Shown: positions 30,601 through 39,329, counted from the first letter of the stretch. The stretch is DNA of 64,000 nucleotides from Trueperaceae bacterium (GCA_965215565.1 CBDCDZ010000004.1:2976001-3040000), one strand, 5' to 3'. Program-made: numbers and translations. The notes: generated by a model not told the origin, from the sequence alone.

Positions 30601-33600
30601 ACAGTCACCTATCAGTACGACACGCGCAACCGCGTCGTTTTGGTAAAGGATTCTAACGGAACGACTGCGCCCAGCCGAGCTGGTCACGACGACGCTTCGT
30701 CACAGCGGGTCTTCAAGGGGTCCGGGGCGGCCGAGATAGCGACGGAGTACAATGGCGACGTCGTGACCGAAACAGTCACATGGGATAGCTGCACCTACAC
30801 AGAGACGACTACTTATGCGCTAGAAACCTTCAAGCACATTGAAGAGACGGTCAACACGTGTAATCCGGACAAACCGGAGACTTCCGAAGCGGCAACCTCT
30901 AGCTCGACGACGGTCTATACGCCGGCGGGTCTTGTCGACAAGGTTTACGGTGAGGACAAGTACTACATCAAGCTTCCCTCCAGCGCGACAACCGACTACC
31001 TCTTAGTAACCAACGACTATCAAAACCCGCCCGAAAAGAACCACATGTCGTTGAGTTATAACACCTTCGGCGATGTGGTTGAGCAGGAGCAAGCATCCAC
31101 GTTTTCCCATCCGCCCTACGCTATAGAGTACGAGGTCGACATTCCTTACTATGACGCTGACTGCGATGAAGAAGAGGAAAAGAAGGAAGAGCCCGACTAC
31201 TCTAAGTGCTGGAAGGAACAGTCGGAAACGAGAACGCAGACCATTTCCAATTCAGGCGAAGACAACGTCCGCACAGAGACGTTCGCCTACACAGAAAACG
31301 GCTTTCTACTGTCCGAAGTGGTCGCCAACTCGAACGGTGGTAAGAGTTATACCGAAGGGGAGAAGGAGGTTCACTATAGGCTCGACGCAGTGGGCAACCG
31401 CATCGGAGTGCGCGGCGGTCCCTATGACGGCTACATCAAACGCTACAACGCCGACGGGCAGGTTGCCATGTTCTACCTCTACCAAGACGGCAAGGACGTG
31501 CCCTATAGCAAACGGGGTCAGGGAGCATACAGCGATTTCATCTACGACCCTGCCGGTGAACTGGTTCTCAGCGCAAGCTCGACCATTCATCAGCAAGCGC
31601 AAACGCTATATAACGATCGTCTTAGACGCGACTACAGCAGTACATACACCTCAGAGGGCGACGTGCAACTTCTCCGCAAGCGCTGGGGTTCACAAAAAAT
31701 ATCCAATTTGAACGACGAGGGTTGGGCAGACGAGCGCGAAGTGCGCTGGGACCACACCTTCAGCTTGGCAGATGGCATGTATAGCCAGACCAGATGGAAC
31801 GCCGCCGAACTCTTCGAAGTCACCGCGCCGAGCACGCCGCTAGCCGCACCAACTTCGAGCATCTCCGACCGCTTGGGCGTTGCGCCCGCCGAGGTCGCCG
31901 CGCCGAGTACGGAGTTACCAGACCTCGACACCGGCGACGTGTTAGCGCCGGTGGAAGAAGACGTTCCGACAGACGACGGTACAGTCGTCAACACACAAGC
32001 GTCATCCTGGACGAGCGACTCACTGCCAGCTCTCGCCCCGCTCGAGCGATCAAGTCAGCCAGCACAACCGCAGCAGTGGAGTGACGCGGCGCTACCTGAG
32101 GGAGAAGTCAGCGCGGTGGCAGAGCCAGACGCAGCCACCTCGACGCCAGCGGCGCAGAGCGAACCGCAAGCGCCGAGCAGCGCGTTGCCCGAGGTCCTCA
32201 ACACGACGGACGCCCTCGATATCGTCGCGCCGAGCAGCCTGATCGCCCCTCTTCCGCCCGTTGGCGACGCCACCGAGGTGCTGCCCCCAGGTAGCGCTGC
32301 GCCGCCAAGTGTAGGCGCAGGTCCGAGCGACGGCCCACTCGATATTGTGCCGCCCGCTGAGATTCAGCCCCCCACGGTTCCCATTATCGGCACGACGCCC
32401 GACGCGATCACCGCAGTTGCGCCGCCACCCGACTGGCGCGAGGACACGCCGTTCGTGGAGGCGTTCGGCAGCGGCTCGTCAGGAAGCCGCATCTGTAAGA
32501 CGGTGCGCGGGGTAAGAGTATGCGGCTCAGTCAAAAACGTCAACCGTGTGGCTGCAAGGATAAAGGCGAGCGCGAACGCCTCGACTGGTGGTAGACAAGT
32601 TGAGTTAGAAGTCAGCGTGGAAGCACTTGAGTCCGCCTTGAACTATACAGCCGATCTTACAGAGCAGAAGCTCGGGAAAACCGCAGCGGATCAGCTTAGG
32701 GAGATGTTCGGCGAACTAAGTAAGGGTGTTAGGGAAGGTAGCTTTGGAGAGATCAACTACGCAGACCTTTATAACCTCTCAGTAAACATTGCGACCGGTA
32801 TTGATGTCGGCAATATCTTGGCAGGTGACATCTCCGACGCATACGAGTTCTATATAACACGTGTGCCCACTAGCGGTGAAACCTTTGAGCCTATTAACTT
32901 CGGGTTTTTACGCGACCGAATGGCTGATGGGATGTATGTGAATGACTCTCGAGCCATTATCGGCTCAATGGAGATGCTTGATGCACGCGCTCAAGGCTAT
33001 GCTAACAGCATAGAGATGTGGTCAGACGAGGTTTCTGGTGACCGGCACCTGTTCTCTAACTTGGCTTTAATTGCCCCCTTCATACTGGACCTCCTGCCAA
33101 CAAGGTGGCTCAAAGGTTCACGAGCTGGGCGTGGAGGAAGGGCGCTTTCAGCGACTAGAGCTGGAAAATTGTCTGGTCTCGATGCTCAAACGCTCAATGC
33201 AAGGTTTAATCGGGGCAGGCCCTCAATACGATCTCGTATAGCTTACGGTTGTCCTAACAGCTTCTCCGCCGACACCCCCGTCGCCACCCCCTACGGTCTA
33301 ATCGCCATCGCCACCCTCGTCAAAGAGAAGATTCAGGAAATCTTCGGCTACAACGAAGAAACAGGTGAAGTCGATGTTTTCACCGTCACGCACTACCACG
33401 TCCACGACGACCCCGTCACTTATGACATCGTGGTTGACGATGATGTGACCGACAACATCCCCGGTGAACTCGTCGAGACTACCCCAGAACACCCCTTCTA
33501 CGTCTTAGGACAGTGGATTGACGCCGAAGACCTAGAAGTGGGAATGCCCCTAAGCACCTATGAGGGAACAGACCTCGTGCATAGCGGCACGGTCACCTCA

Positions 33601-34050
33601 ATCGAGCGCATCGAACAGACGCAGACGATGTACAACTTGACTGTTGATACTGCCCACACCTTCTTTGTGGGGGAGGGGCAGTGGTTGGTGCATAATTGCG
33701 GAGATTTAATATCACCACAGCGCCAGAATCACATTCTTAATGGTGATAGTACGGGTGGAGGACATCTATGGCCCGGTCAACCAGGTCATACACCATTTCC
33801 TCAGAGCTGGTCAGGCGACGATATTCTAGACAATCTCGCCGATATTGCAACCGATCCAAACACGCAATGGTATAGACAGGTTGGCGTAGACCCAATCTGG
33901 ACTAATAAAGGCGATCCCAGGAGATGGACTGCTTGGGAAACAAGAAATGGAGTAAGAGTCAAGATTGTATATGAGCCCGGTACAGGTGAAATCATTACTG
34001 GATTTCCTGATTCTAGACCTATCCCCAATGGATTGATCCAAGTACCCTAA
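24661..34050 (+). CDS. YD/Rhs-repeat polymorphic toxin: signal peptide, YD repeats, Pro/Ala-rich linker, pretoxin HINT, C-terminal EndoU-type nuclease
   Basis: MNRRLALFLAWLFLF signal; many YDxxGR/YDxxGN repeats; HINT SFSADTPV...TTPEHPFY...MYNLTVDTAHTFFV...VHN (33259-33696); tip with HILNGD..GGGH..TPFPQSWS..IITGFP. Confidence 0.92.
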   Translation: MTMTRATLHPRMNRRLALFLAWLFLFNTLFPTGFAAAQILLTAKPGLGVSRVPLSAMAFDAPGFGDLAEAINLANGNVYVAVDALSNNTQQKDTSDTIGKSGWNFTPRLELEEFRENTPSNLNRLTLTSGDGSISSFERVLPSACSGSYPKFNFNDAPSWIKRYDSSALRCSRKFYRLETKPGLSFAASYIVLKPGTDSIAHFYAADGSRTTFHKDGRFADYTQTPHQQYEGATQNDPEGTSAASPKTEFKYRTCISCNDAYYGRIASVTDAHGRVTKYEWGVRHRAHVLTDVHYLLSDGTSTSSAARSISLEYTGEVPGQVLVSSVTYTTYDGQDGDNEVSRTIRFTYHPDGFLKTTVRPTAGGDLTTEYGYDAYYRVRWVEQTGQPRQEYDYSGTSEDYGGTLVKVTQGEGEGAKYSEYHFDEANKLRKKFVKDSTSNEGVEKGVSQDGTIQGLAWRYAYYDSGNVGLIEEPSGKVTHLIYDERGNLTHEAVYSDRNYFDQVYRKPAALTIERTGNTYGTRDEFSLTVKVERDELEKGITWYLVMDKNGGEKEYLLDRTRSIWSGNEWSGGLIPVDSEVTERGDDYYKVQATFKMTKYGSSFYRVPRPVKLRARSNLDPSEAATVTLTYSPRIREIDLTPKTNFLIVAPDCVRPRSDVYSNPEYQTWRNGRKTTVSTCSSSYSIVKSVDVDVESWVSNPSAYKDVTYSITKYSYKGVSGVSAPTIDAKTGKLSIPWHQKLSDRASGNTPDSITIVAKSKTETWKKSQEVTINLGFFGIRQATQGRGQWDVPNPNDLNYKRQYQFAVELYNSPYKYLRVDWYSPVTSEYAVRGFDHYGEKLPAGCFAMKNAGFLWEAKTVQLKAWVDHPKFEDVSVSGNIRTMARFWGIGGAGSETCGGYKTGNGIANNSSLSPQSYVKPIAPETYDTIEFNADISPDYFRSEELRLSPEPRPNEEYRTSYRYDGDNRLEEATTHAPVGLNDGYLSHTYEDVTEGVSYTDYSVTIAGQTFKAIQKAEHSTTVGSTQKRTREDVYATNGLLQSSTLKWDGEWRKTAYTYYASGALAQLVRPSSDGTATLSVTQYSDQVKKVVTTSSVKPLHSESADEIEQTFVYDRLGHIAAETLSGVVSEVDPLTFAEHATERAFNGFGQPVWERVRLGDAVASERGFAYHASGELQSEWAGTKQNLSLYEYHADQSSVGLLKAIKRGVASVNGALTTIRQEVAYGYDGFHRLASETSKVGDETHTTSFAYDTLDRVTQTTLPDGAVVKTSYDVHGEVATLDEPYVLRSFERNVMGYLEKESVDAKDGERNDYIVEYGHDALGRVIHMLPSITDINPSASDRATLFRYDSEGNLRCEIGPALRTASHKHALTDDRRTGVTYTYDDLGRKVEQRQMLYGGAAKDGGCNLAAGNQAGSNLERDTAKTTYRYDGLGNVELIVDAEGYRTESAYDAAGQVFLSRRQVEKNNDQYAEVWTAFDGAGRPIKVKDPLGYTRESHYDSLGNVLEEVNEAGHLVKRYTYTADGLLETIEEPQMTDGTRDDTLSMVATQVNVYGQQHMHPTAVYRASMDKTPSKGASGASGGVRTSYVYDWAGRVTETTLPDGATITQNYDLLGNVTELTSADGFTTNYTYDYAGRLLSETKHAREGNATDEAAGLGGGLTSTYTYDTFGNLVEEEVRGLTTTYVYNSLGEVIAESRPMHGGESDLYKRYAYRLDGAKTAATSYTYADDGSLKAAQRFALDNGVGGLTAGSIETYGLDKLGRVVSERTEGVRSETADEDENAPDFSLTGSVLEKLVTYERNGLGLATARTLSNQSAADVYAGLRDPETGRFLTMSGGRPIVGYTTRYDYSLRGELLERVDEIANVDAVGNPSGGVEQANRFTYTYTLTGKQKTAYRDLSVRVLRLQGEDQNFAPESVLLAATQGTITSSYNERDLLRHTVVEDRAIDGKDTLETTPLKQSTTYSYYKDGSKREVKVGEDTVTYQYDTRNRVVLVKDSNGTTAPSRAGHDDASSQRVFKGSGAAEIATEYNGDVVTETVTWDSCTYTETTTYALETFKHIEETVNTCNPDKPETSEAATSSSTTVYTPAGLVDKVYGEDKYYIKLPSSATTDYLLVTNDYQNPPEKNHMSLSYNTFGDVVEQEQASTFSHPPYAIEYEVDIPYYDADCDEEEEKKEEPDYSKCWKEQSETRTQTISNSGEDNVRTETFAYTENGFLLSEVVANSNGGKSYTEGEKEVHYRLDAVGNRIGVRGGPYDGYIKRYNADGQVAMFYLYQDGKDVPYSKRGQGAYSDFIYDPAGELVLSASSTIHQQAQTLYNDRLRRDYSSTYTSEGDVQLLRKRWGSQKISNLNDEGWADEREVRWDHTFSLADGMYSQTRWNAAELFEVTAPSTPLAAPTSSISDRLGVAPAEVAAPSTELPDLDTGDVLAPVEEDVPTDDGTVVNTQASSWTSDSLPALAPLERSSQPAQPQQWSDAALPEGEVSAVAEPDAATSTPAAQSEPQAPSSALPEVLNTTDALDIVAPSSLIAPLPPVGDATEVLPPGSAAPPSVGAGPSDGPLDIVPPAEIQPPTVPIIGTTPDAITAVAPPPDWREDTPFVEAFGSGSSGSRICKTVRGVRVCGSVKNVNRVAARIKASANASTGGRQVELEVSVEALESALNYTADLTEQKLGKTAADQLREMFGELSKGVREGSFGEINYADLYNLSVNIATGIDVGNILAGDISDAYEFYITRVPTSGETFEPINFGFLRDRMADGMYVNDSRAIIGSMEMLDARAQGYANSIEMWSDEVSGDRHLFSNLALIAPFILDLLPTRWLKGSRAGRGGRALSATRAGKLSGLDAQTLNARFNRGRPSIRSRIAYGCPNSFSADTPVATPYGLIAIATLVKEKIQEIFGYNEETGEVDVFTVTHYHVHDDPVTYDIVVDDDVTDNIPGELVETTPEHPFYVLGQWIDAEDLEVGMPLSTYEGTDLVHSGTVTSIERIEQTQTMYNLTVDTAHTFFVGEGQWLVHNCGDLISPQRQNHILNGDSTGGGHLWPGQPGHTPFPQSWSGDDILDNLADIATDPNTQWYRQVGVDPIWTNKGDPRRWTAWETRNGVRVKIVYEPGTGEIITGFPDSRPIPNGLIQVP

Positions 34051-34071
34051 TGTACAAAGGTGGTGAGCTAA

Positions 34072-34356
34072 GTGAACATAGCTGCTGAACTTGCGAAAAC
34101 TGCTGAGTCGTTCCGAACTCGTTTTAATGAAGTAGTGGTTTTTAGAGAGGTAGGGTTTGATGTAGTCTCTTTCATTAAAGACTATATTGACCATCGTGAG
34201 TACGGGCTTGCATTTGAAACTCTCTGTCAAAACTTGCTCGAGTACGACATCGCATTATCCGAAGAGGAGTACGTTAGGTTAGAACATCTTGGAAACGAGC
34301 TGTATCCTGAAAGTGATCACGATTGGTATCGCCTAAAGGAGTTGATAGCGTACTAA
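34072..34356 (+). CDS. Cognate immunity protein (MafI-like)
   Basis: Small AT-rich ORF right after the toxin; DYIDHREYGLAFETLCQNLLEYDIALS. Confidence 0.8.
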   Translation: MNIAAELAKTAESFRTRFNEVVVFREVGFDVVSFIKDYIDHREYGLAFETLCQNLLEYDIALSEEEYVRLEHLGNELYPESDHDWYRLKELIAY

Positions 34357-34383
34357 AGTCTCACCAGTAAAGTAACCATACCC

Positions 34384-34424
34384 CACCATCGCAAGAGAAC
34401 GATATTCTCTTGCGATGGTGTGTT
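34384..34424 (+). terminator. Intrinsic terminator of the toxin-immunity pair; its U-tract is split by IS3
   Basis: 16-bp perfect stem CACCATCGCAAGAGAA / TTCTCTTGCGATGGTG. Confidence 0.75.
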
Positions 34425-34454
34425 TGATACTCCCCCGATTTCACGGAGACATAG

Positions 34455-35324
34455 TTAAGCAGCTTGAGCGAAGTGTACCCTCTCGAAATCATTAGGCGAA
34501 AGGTAGCCCAACGACGAATGTTTGCGCTTGGAGTTATAGAAGCCCTCCAAATAGCTGAAGATGCTGGTTCTGGCTTGCTGGCGGGTCTGGTAGACGTTGT
34601 TTTCAACCTCCTCGGTTTTGAGCGTGGCGAAGAATGATTCAACAACGGCATTATCGTAAGCATTGCCTTTACTCGACATGCTTTGGCTGATGCCTTTGGT
34701 GTTTAGCTCGGCTCTAAAGGCGTTGCTAGCATACTGAGCCCCTTGATCGGAATGATGCAGTAGTCCTGCTAGGGTGGAGCGCTGCCGCGTTGCCATTTCC
34801 AAGGCTGAGCGCGTCAAATCATCAGTCAGCCTCTTAGAGAACGCCCAGCCGATGACTTTGCGACTGAACAAGTCGAGCGTTACAGCAAGATAGAGCCAAC
34901 CTTCAGCGGTGGCAATGTAGGTGATGTCCGAGGCCCACAGCGCGTCAGGCGTAGCAACATCGAAGTTCTGCTTGACGAGATTCTCTGCTTTAGGGCGCTG
35001 ATGGTTCGAGTCCGTTGTGGTCTTATACTTCCGCTTTGTTTTACCTCTTAGACCCGCTGCTCGCATCAAACGCGCGACGCGCTTACGCCCGATGTTATAC
35101 CCAGCATCTTTGAGGTCTCGATAAATGCGCGGCGAGCCATAGGTGCAACGACTTCCACAATGGAACTTAATGATTTCCTTTGAGAGGGTTTTGTCCTCCT
35201 TGGCTCGCCTGCTCTGAGGGCGTTTCAGCCAATCATAAAAACCACTTACTGATACAGCTAACACCTCAGCCATCAGGCTGACCGCCCACCGACCTCGGTG
35301 TTCCTTCATAAAGGTGTACCTCAC
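34455..35324 (-). CDS. IS3 transposase OrfB (DDE)
   Basis: YGSPRI, WASDITYI, HHSDQGAQY, DNAVVESFF. Confidence 0.95.
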   Translation of the reverse strand: MRYTFMKEHRGRWAVSLMAEVLAVSVSGFYDWLKRPQSRRAKEDKTLSKEIIKFHCGSRCTYGSPRIYRDLKDAGYNIGRKRVARLMRAAGLRGKTKRKYKTTTDSNHQRPKAENLVKQNFDVATPDALWASDITYIATAEGWLYLAVTLDLFSRKVIGWAFSKRLTDDLTRSALEMATRQRSTLAGLLHHSDQGAQYASNAFRAELNTKGISQSMSSKGNAYDNAVVESFFATLKTEEVENNVYQTRQQARTSIFSYLEGFYNSKRKHSSLGYLSPNDFERVHFAQAA

Positions 35325-35617
35325 GTGCTTTCCTTGGCGAAGAACCCAACTGCCTTTTTTAGAATGTCACGCTCCTGCTTGACCCGCTCGAGTTCCTTCT
35401 TCAAGCGCAAATTCTCCTGCTGGTCGGCGGTTAGCGCAACCTTGCCGTTGCCCGGAAAGGCTAGCTCACTACGCTCTTGCGCCTGTCTGCGCCATTTGTA
35501 GAGGCTATGGTCACTTACTCCTAGCTCTTCGGCTATCTGAACGACGCTCACACCCGGCTGCTGGCTCAGCCTCACCGCTTCTCGTTTGAACTCTGCTGTA
35601 TACGTTCTTCTCGTCAT
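35321..35617 (-). CDS. IS3 transposase OrfA
   Basis: YTAEFKREAV HTH, ERDILKKA; A6G slippery site near 35354-35360 for a -1 frameshift. Confidence 0.95.
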   Translation of the reverse strand: MTRRTYTAEFKREAVRLSQQPGVSVVQIAEELGVSDHSLYKWRRQAQERSELAFPGNGKVALTADQQENLRLKKELERVKQERDILKKAVGFFAKEST

Positions 35618-35740
35618 GTCGCCTCCATTCTATTAGAGGCTTAACTGAGTCTCCGTTTTAGCGGGGCAATATCAGTTTTCTACGTCCATCTTTACGAATC
35701 AGATTTGTAAACTGACTTCGCCGACGACTAGTCGTGTCAA

Positions 35741-36367
35741 CTCATCAAAACCACCCCAGAGCACCCCTTCTACGTCCTAGGCGATTGGGTTGATGCAGAA
35801 GACCTAGAAGTTGGAATGCCCCTAAGCACCTACGAGGGCGAGAACCTCATCCATAGCGGCACGGTCACCTCTATCAAGCGCGTCGAAGAGACCCAGACGA
35901 TGTATAACCTGACGGTTGATACTGCTCATACCTTCTTCGTGGGTGAGGGTGAGTGGTTGGTGCATAATACGGGTGCGTGTAGCATCAATGTCGGGCACAT
36001 CTTTCATGGCGAGATAAACAGGCGTGGTAGAGCTGTTGGATTTCACCATGAAGGCTCGATAGGACATGAGGGATTTGCCAGAGTCGTAGGTAGAGGAACT
36101 GAGGATGTTCATGGGGTTTATAACGCAGTTGTAGAGGTCTTAGACCCCGTTAGTAATCAGTGGGTCCGCAAGAAGGTTCCTAACCATACGATGTTCCCAA
36201 GGGATTGGTCACGCTCTCAGGTACTAGAAGAGATTCGTGGAGCGTTCTCAAATGCTACATTCAACGGGAACAGTTGGACGGGTACCTCCCCAAGCAATGT
36301 GCCTATTGGAGGTTTTCTTGATCACAATGGAAACATTAACACGGCGTTTCCGATCTATACGCCGTAA
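35741..36367 (+). pseudogene. Orphan toxin cassette: partial HINT + second EndoU-type tip
   Basis: 35741-35968 is colinear with 33469-33696; the tip after VHN contains HIFHGEI..GFHH..TMFPRDWS..INTAFP. Confidence 0.88.
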
Positions 36368-36386
36368 CGTTCAAAGGAGTTAAGTC

Positions 36387-36734
36387 ATGGAAGCACAGGT
36401 GCGTATGTTTAGGGATGAAAGTGGGCTACCCAGAGCAAGGGCAGCCCACCCATTAGAAGCTTTGGCGAGCTTTTTGGAGTTTGATCTACAGGGAAGAAAA
36501 GAGGCTTCAACTGACCTTCTCAGTATCATTACGGAGGTTGAAACTCAAGAAATCTCAGAATGGGAGGGTACTGGAAATGCTCATACCCTCACACTGACCT
36601 TTGATAAAGCTCATATATACAATGAGTTTGCTATACCAATCTCTGAATGCGAACTTCCTCTTGCAGACTTTAGAGATGTTGTTGAGCGCTGGCTCGAGTT
36701 CTTGACTTATCAACGAAACGTTATGAAACCATAG
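36387..36734 (+). CDS. Immunity protein of the orphan EndoU tip
   Basis: AAGGAG ribosome-binding site, small ORF right after the tip; WEGTGNAHTL..LADFRDVVERW (YacL-like). Confidence 0.75.
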   Translation: MEAQVRMFRDESGLPRARAAHPLEALASFLEFDLQGRKEASTDLLSIITEVETQEISEWEGTGNAHTLTLTFDKAHIYNEFAIPISECELPLADFRDVVERWLEFLTYQRNVMKP

Positions 36735-36769
36735 GTCTTTGGTAAATGCCAGCTTGAGCAGCCGCCACC

Positions 36770-37125
36770 TGCAACAGCTTCTCCGCCGACACCCCCGTCG
36801 CCACCCCCGCAGGCGCAGTCGCCATCAGTACGTTCGTTGGTCAAGAGGGCACGGAAGTCACAACGTACAACGAGAAAACAGGGCAAGTCGAACCCAACAT
36901 CATCACCGAAGTTCACGTTCACGACGACCCCATTACGATAGTCCTCACCGTTGACTTTGACCTTACCGACGACCAGCCAGGCGAACTCATCGAAACGACG
37001 CCAGAACACCCCTTCTATGTCTTAGGTAAGTGGGTTGATGCAGAAGACCTAGAAGTCGGAATACCTCTGAGCACCTTCGGAAACACGAATCTCGTTCATG
37101 GCAGGGCAGTCACAAATGTCGATCG
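36770..37125 (+). pseudogene. Third HINT fragment, with no start codon and no toxin tip
   Basis: Reads CNSFSADTPVATP...LIETTPEHPFYVLGKWVDAEDLEVG; a TGA lies just upstream in frame and similarity is lost before the C-terminal HN. Confidence 0.85.
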
Positions 37126-37227
37126 CTGCGTATCGAGTACTCCTCAAAAGGCTTTTCTCACATCTCTAGTCTCATGCGAGTTTTTCACCTCAAAAACGCT
37201 GTCTAATCCCTAGAGTAGAGAGCGGCT

Positions 37228-38160
37228 ATGAACCTCTCACGCTTTTTTCACACCTCATACCGTCGTCCCCTCCGTCTTCTACTTCCGCTTCTGCTCTGTA
37301 GCAGCGTCGCCTCCGCCCAACTCTTCCGCGAGACCGTCGATGCAGCGACCTTCGAGTTACAAGGACCGGTGCGCAAAGTCGAGCGTACCGTTACACTATT
37401 TGAAGGTGACGTTTCCACCCCGCTGCCCCACCTCGACACGATGACCTTCAATAAGAAGGGCTTTTTGAAAGAAGCCCTTAGCCGCGACACGGAGAGTGAC
37501 CGCGTAACCGAGCACATCGTCTACGACCACAACGGCTCAGGTAAGCTCCGCACGGTCGAGACGTACCAGCAGGAGCAACTTCTGCGCCGCGACGAGTCCC
37601 GATATCGAGGGCGGAACTGGCGGGCGACTTTCTACTACGACGCCGAAGAGCAACTCGAGGCGGTTGCCACCGTCAGGGGCTACCGCAAGGAAGTACCCGG
37701 GGGAGTGCCCCACCGGACCTACACCTTCGACGAGGCAATGCGCCCCTTAGTCGAGCGCACCTACTTCCCCGATGAGGATGAGCCCGTACGTACGGTTCGC
37801 TATACCTACGAGGACGGTCGGCTAACCAAGGCCGTCGAGCGCGGACCCGAGGGTGAGTTGCTCTCGCGCGAAGTCTACATCTACGACGAGTCAGGTCGAG
37901 TCGAAGTCAAACGCTTCTACGACGCCACCGACAGCGAGCGCACCCGCACCCGCTACCGCTACGACGAGCACGGCAACGTCGTCAACGAACGCACGGTCGA
38001 CGGTGAAGATACGCTGGTTGCTTTGCTCCGCTACCGCTATACCTACGACGAACAGGGCAACTGGCTGACCAAAACGACTCTCTTCCGCGACAGCGAAGAG
38101 GCCGAGTTCGAGCAGCAGAGCCTCGAGACCCGCACCATCAAGTACCACCGGGAGGGCTGA
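37228..38160 (+). CDS. Secreted short YD-repeat protein
   Basis: Signal peptide ending ASA-Q; LQGPVRKV; YDESGR, YDEHGN, YDEQGNW repeats. Confidence 0.8.
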   Translation: MNLSRFFHTSYRRPLRLLLPLLLCSSVASAQLFRETVDAATFELQGPVRKVERTVTLFEGDVSTPLPHLDTMTFNKKGFLKEALSRDTESDRVTEHIVYDHNGSGKLRTVETYQQEQLLRRDESRYRGRNWRATFYYDAEEQLEAVATVRGYRKEVPGGVPHRTYTFDEAMRPLVERTYFPDEDEPVRTVRYTYEDGRLTKAVERGPEGELLSREVYIYDESGRVEVKRFYDATDSERTRTRYRYDEHGNVVNERTVDGEDTLVALLRYRYTYDEQGNWLTKTTLFRDSEEAEFEQQSLETRTIKYHREG

Positions 38161-38161
38161 G

Positions 38162-39295
38162 ATGACCGCTAAACTCGGTATCTTAGGCGGTATCAGTCTC
38201 GCCCTGCTCGCGCTGAGCGCCTGTAGCAGCGGCGACGGCACGCCCCCCTCGCTCGCCATCTTGTCCCCCGCAGCAGGTTCCCCCGTCTCGGGTACGACAA
38301 CCGTACAGGTCTCCACACCGGAGAACGCCAACGTCGAGCGCGTCACCCTCTATGCACGCGGCGCAGGCAGCGAGCGGCGTGGTCGTCCGGTCGGCTCCGC
38401 CGTGCAGGGTCCCCCCTTCGTCGTCTCCTGGAACACCACCGACGTGCCCAACCAGGCTGAGTTGGAGCTTCTAGCAGTCGGTCGCGACAGCGACGGCGAC
38501 GACGGCGAGTCCGACCCCGTCAAGGTGCGTGTGCAGAACGGCGGCGCGCCCAGCTTGCAACTCCTCACCGCGTTCACCATCGCGCCCGAGCCGGAGGCGG
38601 GTTTCAACGTGCAGACCCTATCGGGTCTAGTCAACGCTGCCGAGGTGCAGCCCCCTGCGGGCTTCGTCGCGCCGAGCCCTCTCCCTGACTCGGCTTTGGC
38701 GACTATGCAGACGGAGGGAGTGCGTGACTACGTGCTCGAGTGGCAGTGGGAGCCCTACCCCAGCGCTGAGAGCTACCGCATCATGCGTAGCGACGACGAT
38801 CTGGTCGGTCCCTATGAGGAAGACCGCTGGCAGAGCGCCGGGGCGGGCACGGGCGCGCAGAAGTTCTCGAAGACGATGGACGGGGCGAAAGCGGGCGACC
38901 GCTTCTACGGCGCGGTGAGAGCCGAGACGGAGGGTCAGATCACGGGCTACTCGAACGCCGACAGCGCCACCTTTTTGCCGCCGCAAGGGACGACCGCACC
39001 CGACGACGGTGCTCGCGTCGACAACGGTCGTCCTGTCCTGAGTTGGCCCGCCACCCCCGGCGCGGATGGCTACCTCTACTATCTCTACGACCGCGACCCC
39101 TGGGCCGAAGGCGCGACGCTCCTGTGGAGCAACTTCCCTCAGAGCGACGCAGGTCGCAGCGCCAGCTATCCCGGAAGCCGTGACGCCCTGCCGAGCGGCA
39201 CCTATAGCTGGTGGGTTGCGGGCATCTCCTTCGACGCGAACGGCAAAGCGGACGGCTTCACCTTCAGCGAGCCCCGGAGCTTCCAGGTCCCCTGA
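38162..39295 (+). CDS. Lipoprotein with Ig-like and FN3-like domains
   Basis: Lipobox LSAC; ILSPAAGSPVSG...VSWNTT; LEWQW, LSWPATPGADGY. Confidence 0.75.
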   Translation: MTAKLGILGGISLALLALSACSSGDGTPPSLAILSPAAGSPVSGTTTVQVSTPENANVERVTLYARGAGSERRGRPVGSAVQGPPFVVSWNTTDVPNQAELELLAVGRDSDGDDGESDPVKVRVQNGGAPSLQLLTAFTIAPEPEAGFNVQTLSGLVNAAEVQPPAGFVAPSPLPDSALATMQTEGVRDYVLEWQWEPYPSAESYRIMRSDDDLVGPYEEDRWQSAGAGTGAQKFSKTMDGAKAGDRFYGAVRAETEGQITGYSNADSATFLPPQGTTAPDDGARVDNGRPVLSWPATPGADGYLYYLYDRDPWAEGATLLWSNFPQSDAGRSASYPGSRDALPSGTYSWWVAGISFDANGKADGFTFSEPRSFQVP

Positions 39296-39298
39296 GTC

Positions 39299-39329
39299 AA
39301 AAAGCTCACCCCCCAGGGGCGAGCTTTTT
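39299..39329 (+). terminator. Intrinsic terminator
   Basis: AAAAAGCTC...GAGCTTTTT hairpin right after the stop codon. Confidence 0.7.

Larger units (their letters stand above)
34425..35674 (-). mobile_element. IS3-family insertion sequence (1250 bp)
   Basis: Imperfect terminal IRs TGATACTCCCCCG..CGGAGAC..AGTTAAGC and TGATATTGCCCCG..CGGAGAC..AGTTAAGC; 3-bp duplication GTT (34422-34424 and 35675-35677). Confidence 0.95.

Noticed and set aside
33259..33696. Selfish intein with homing endonuclease
   Set aside because: Short pretoxin-type HINT directly before a toxin tip, with no endonuclease insert
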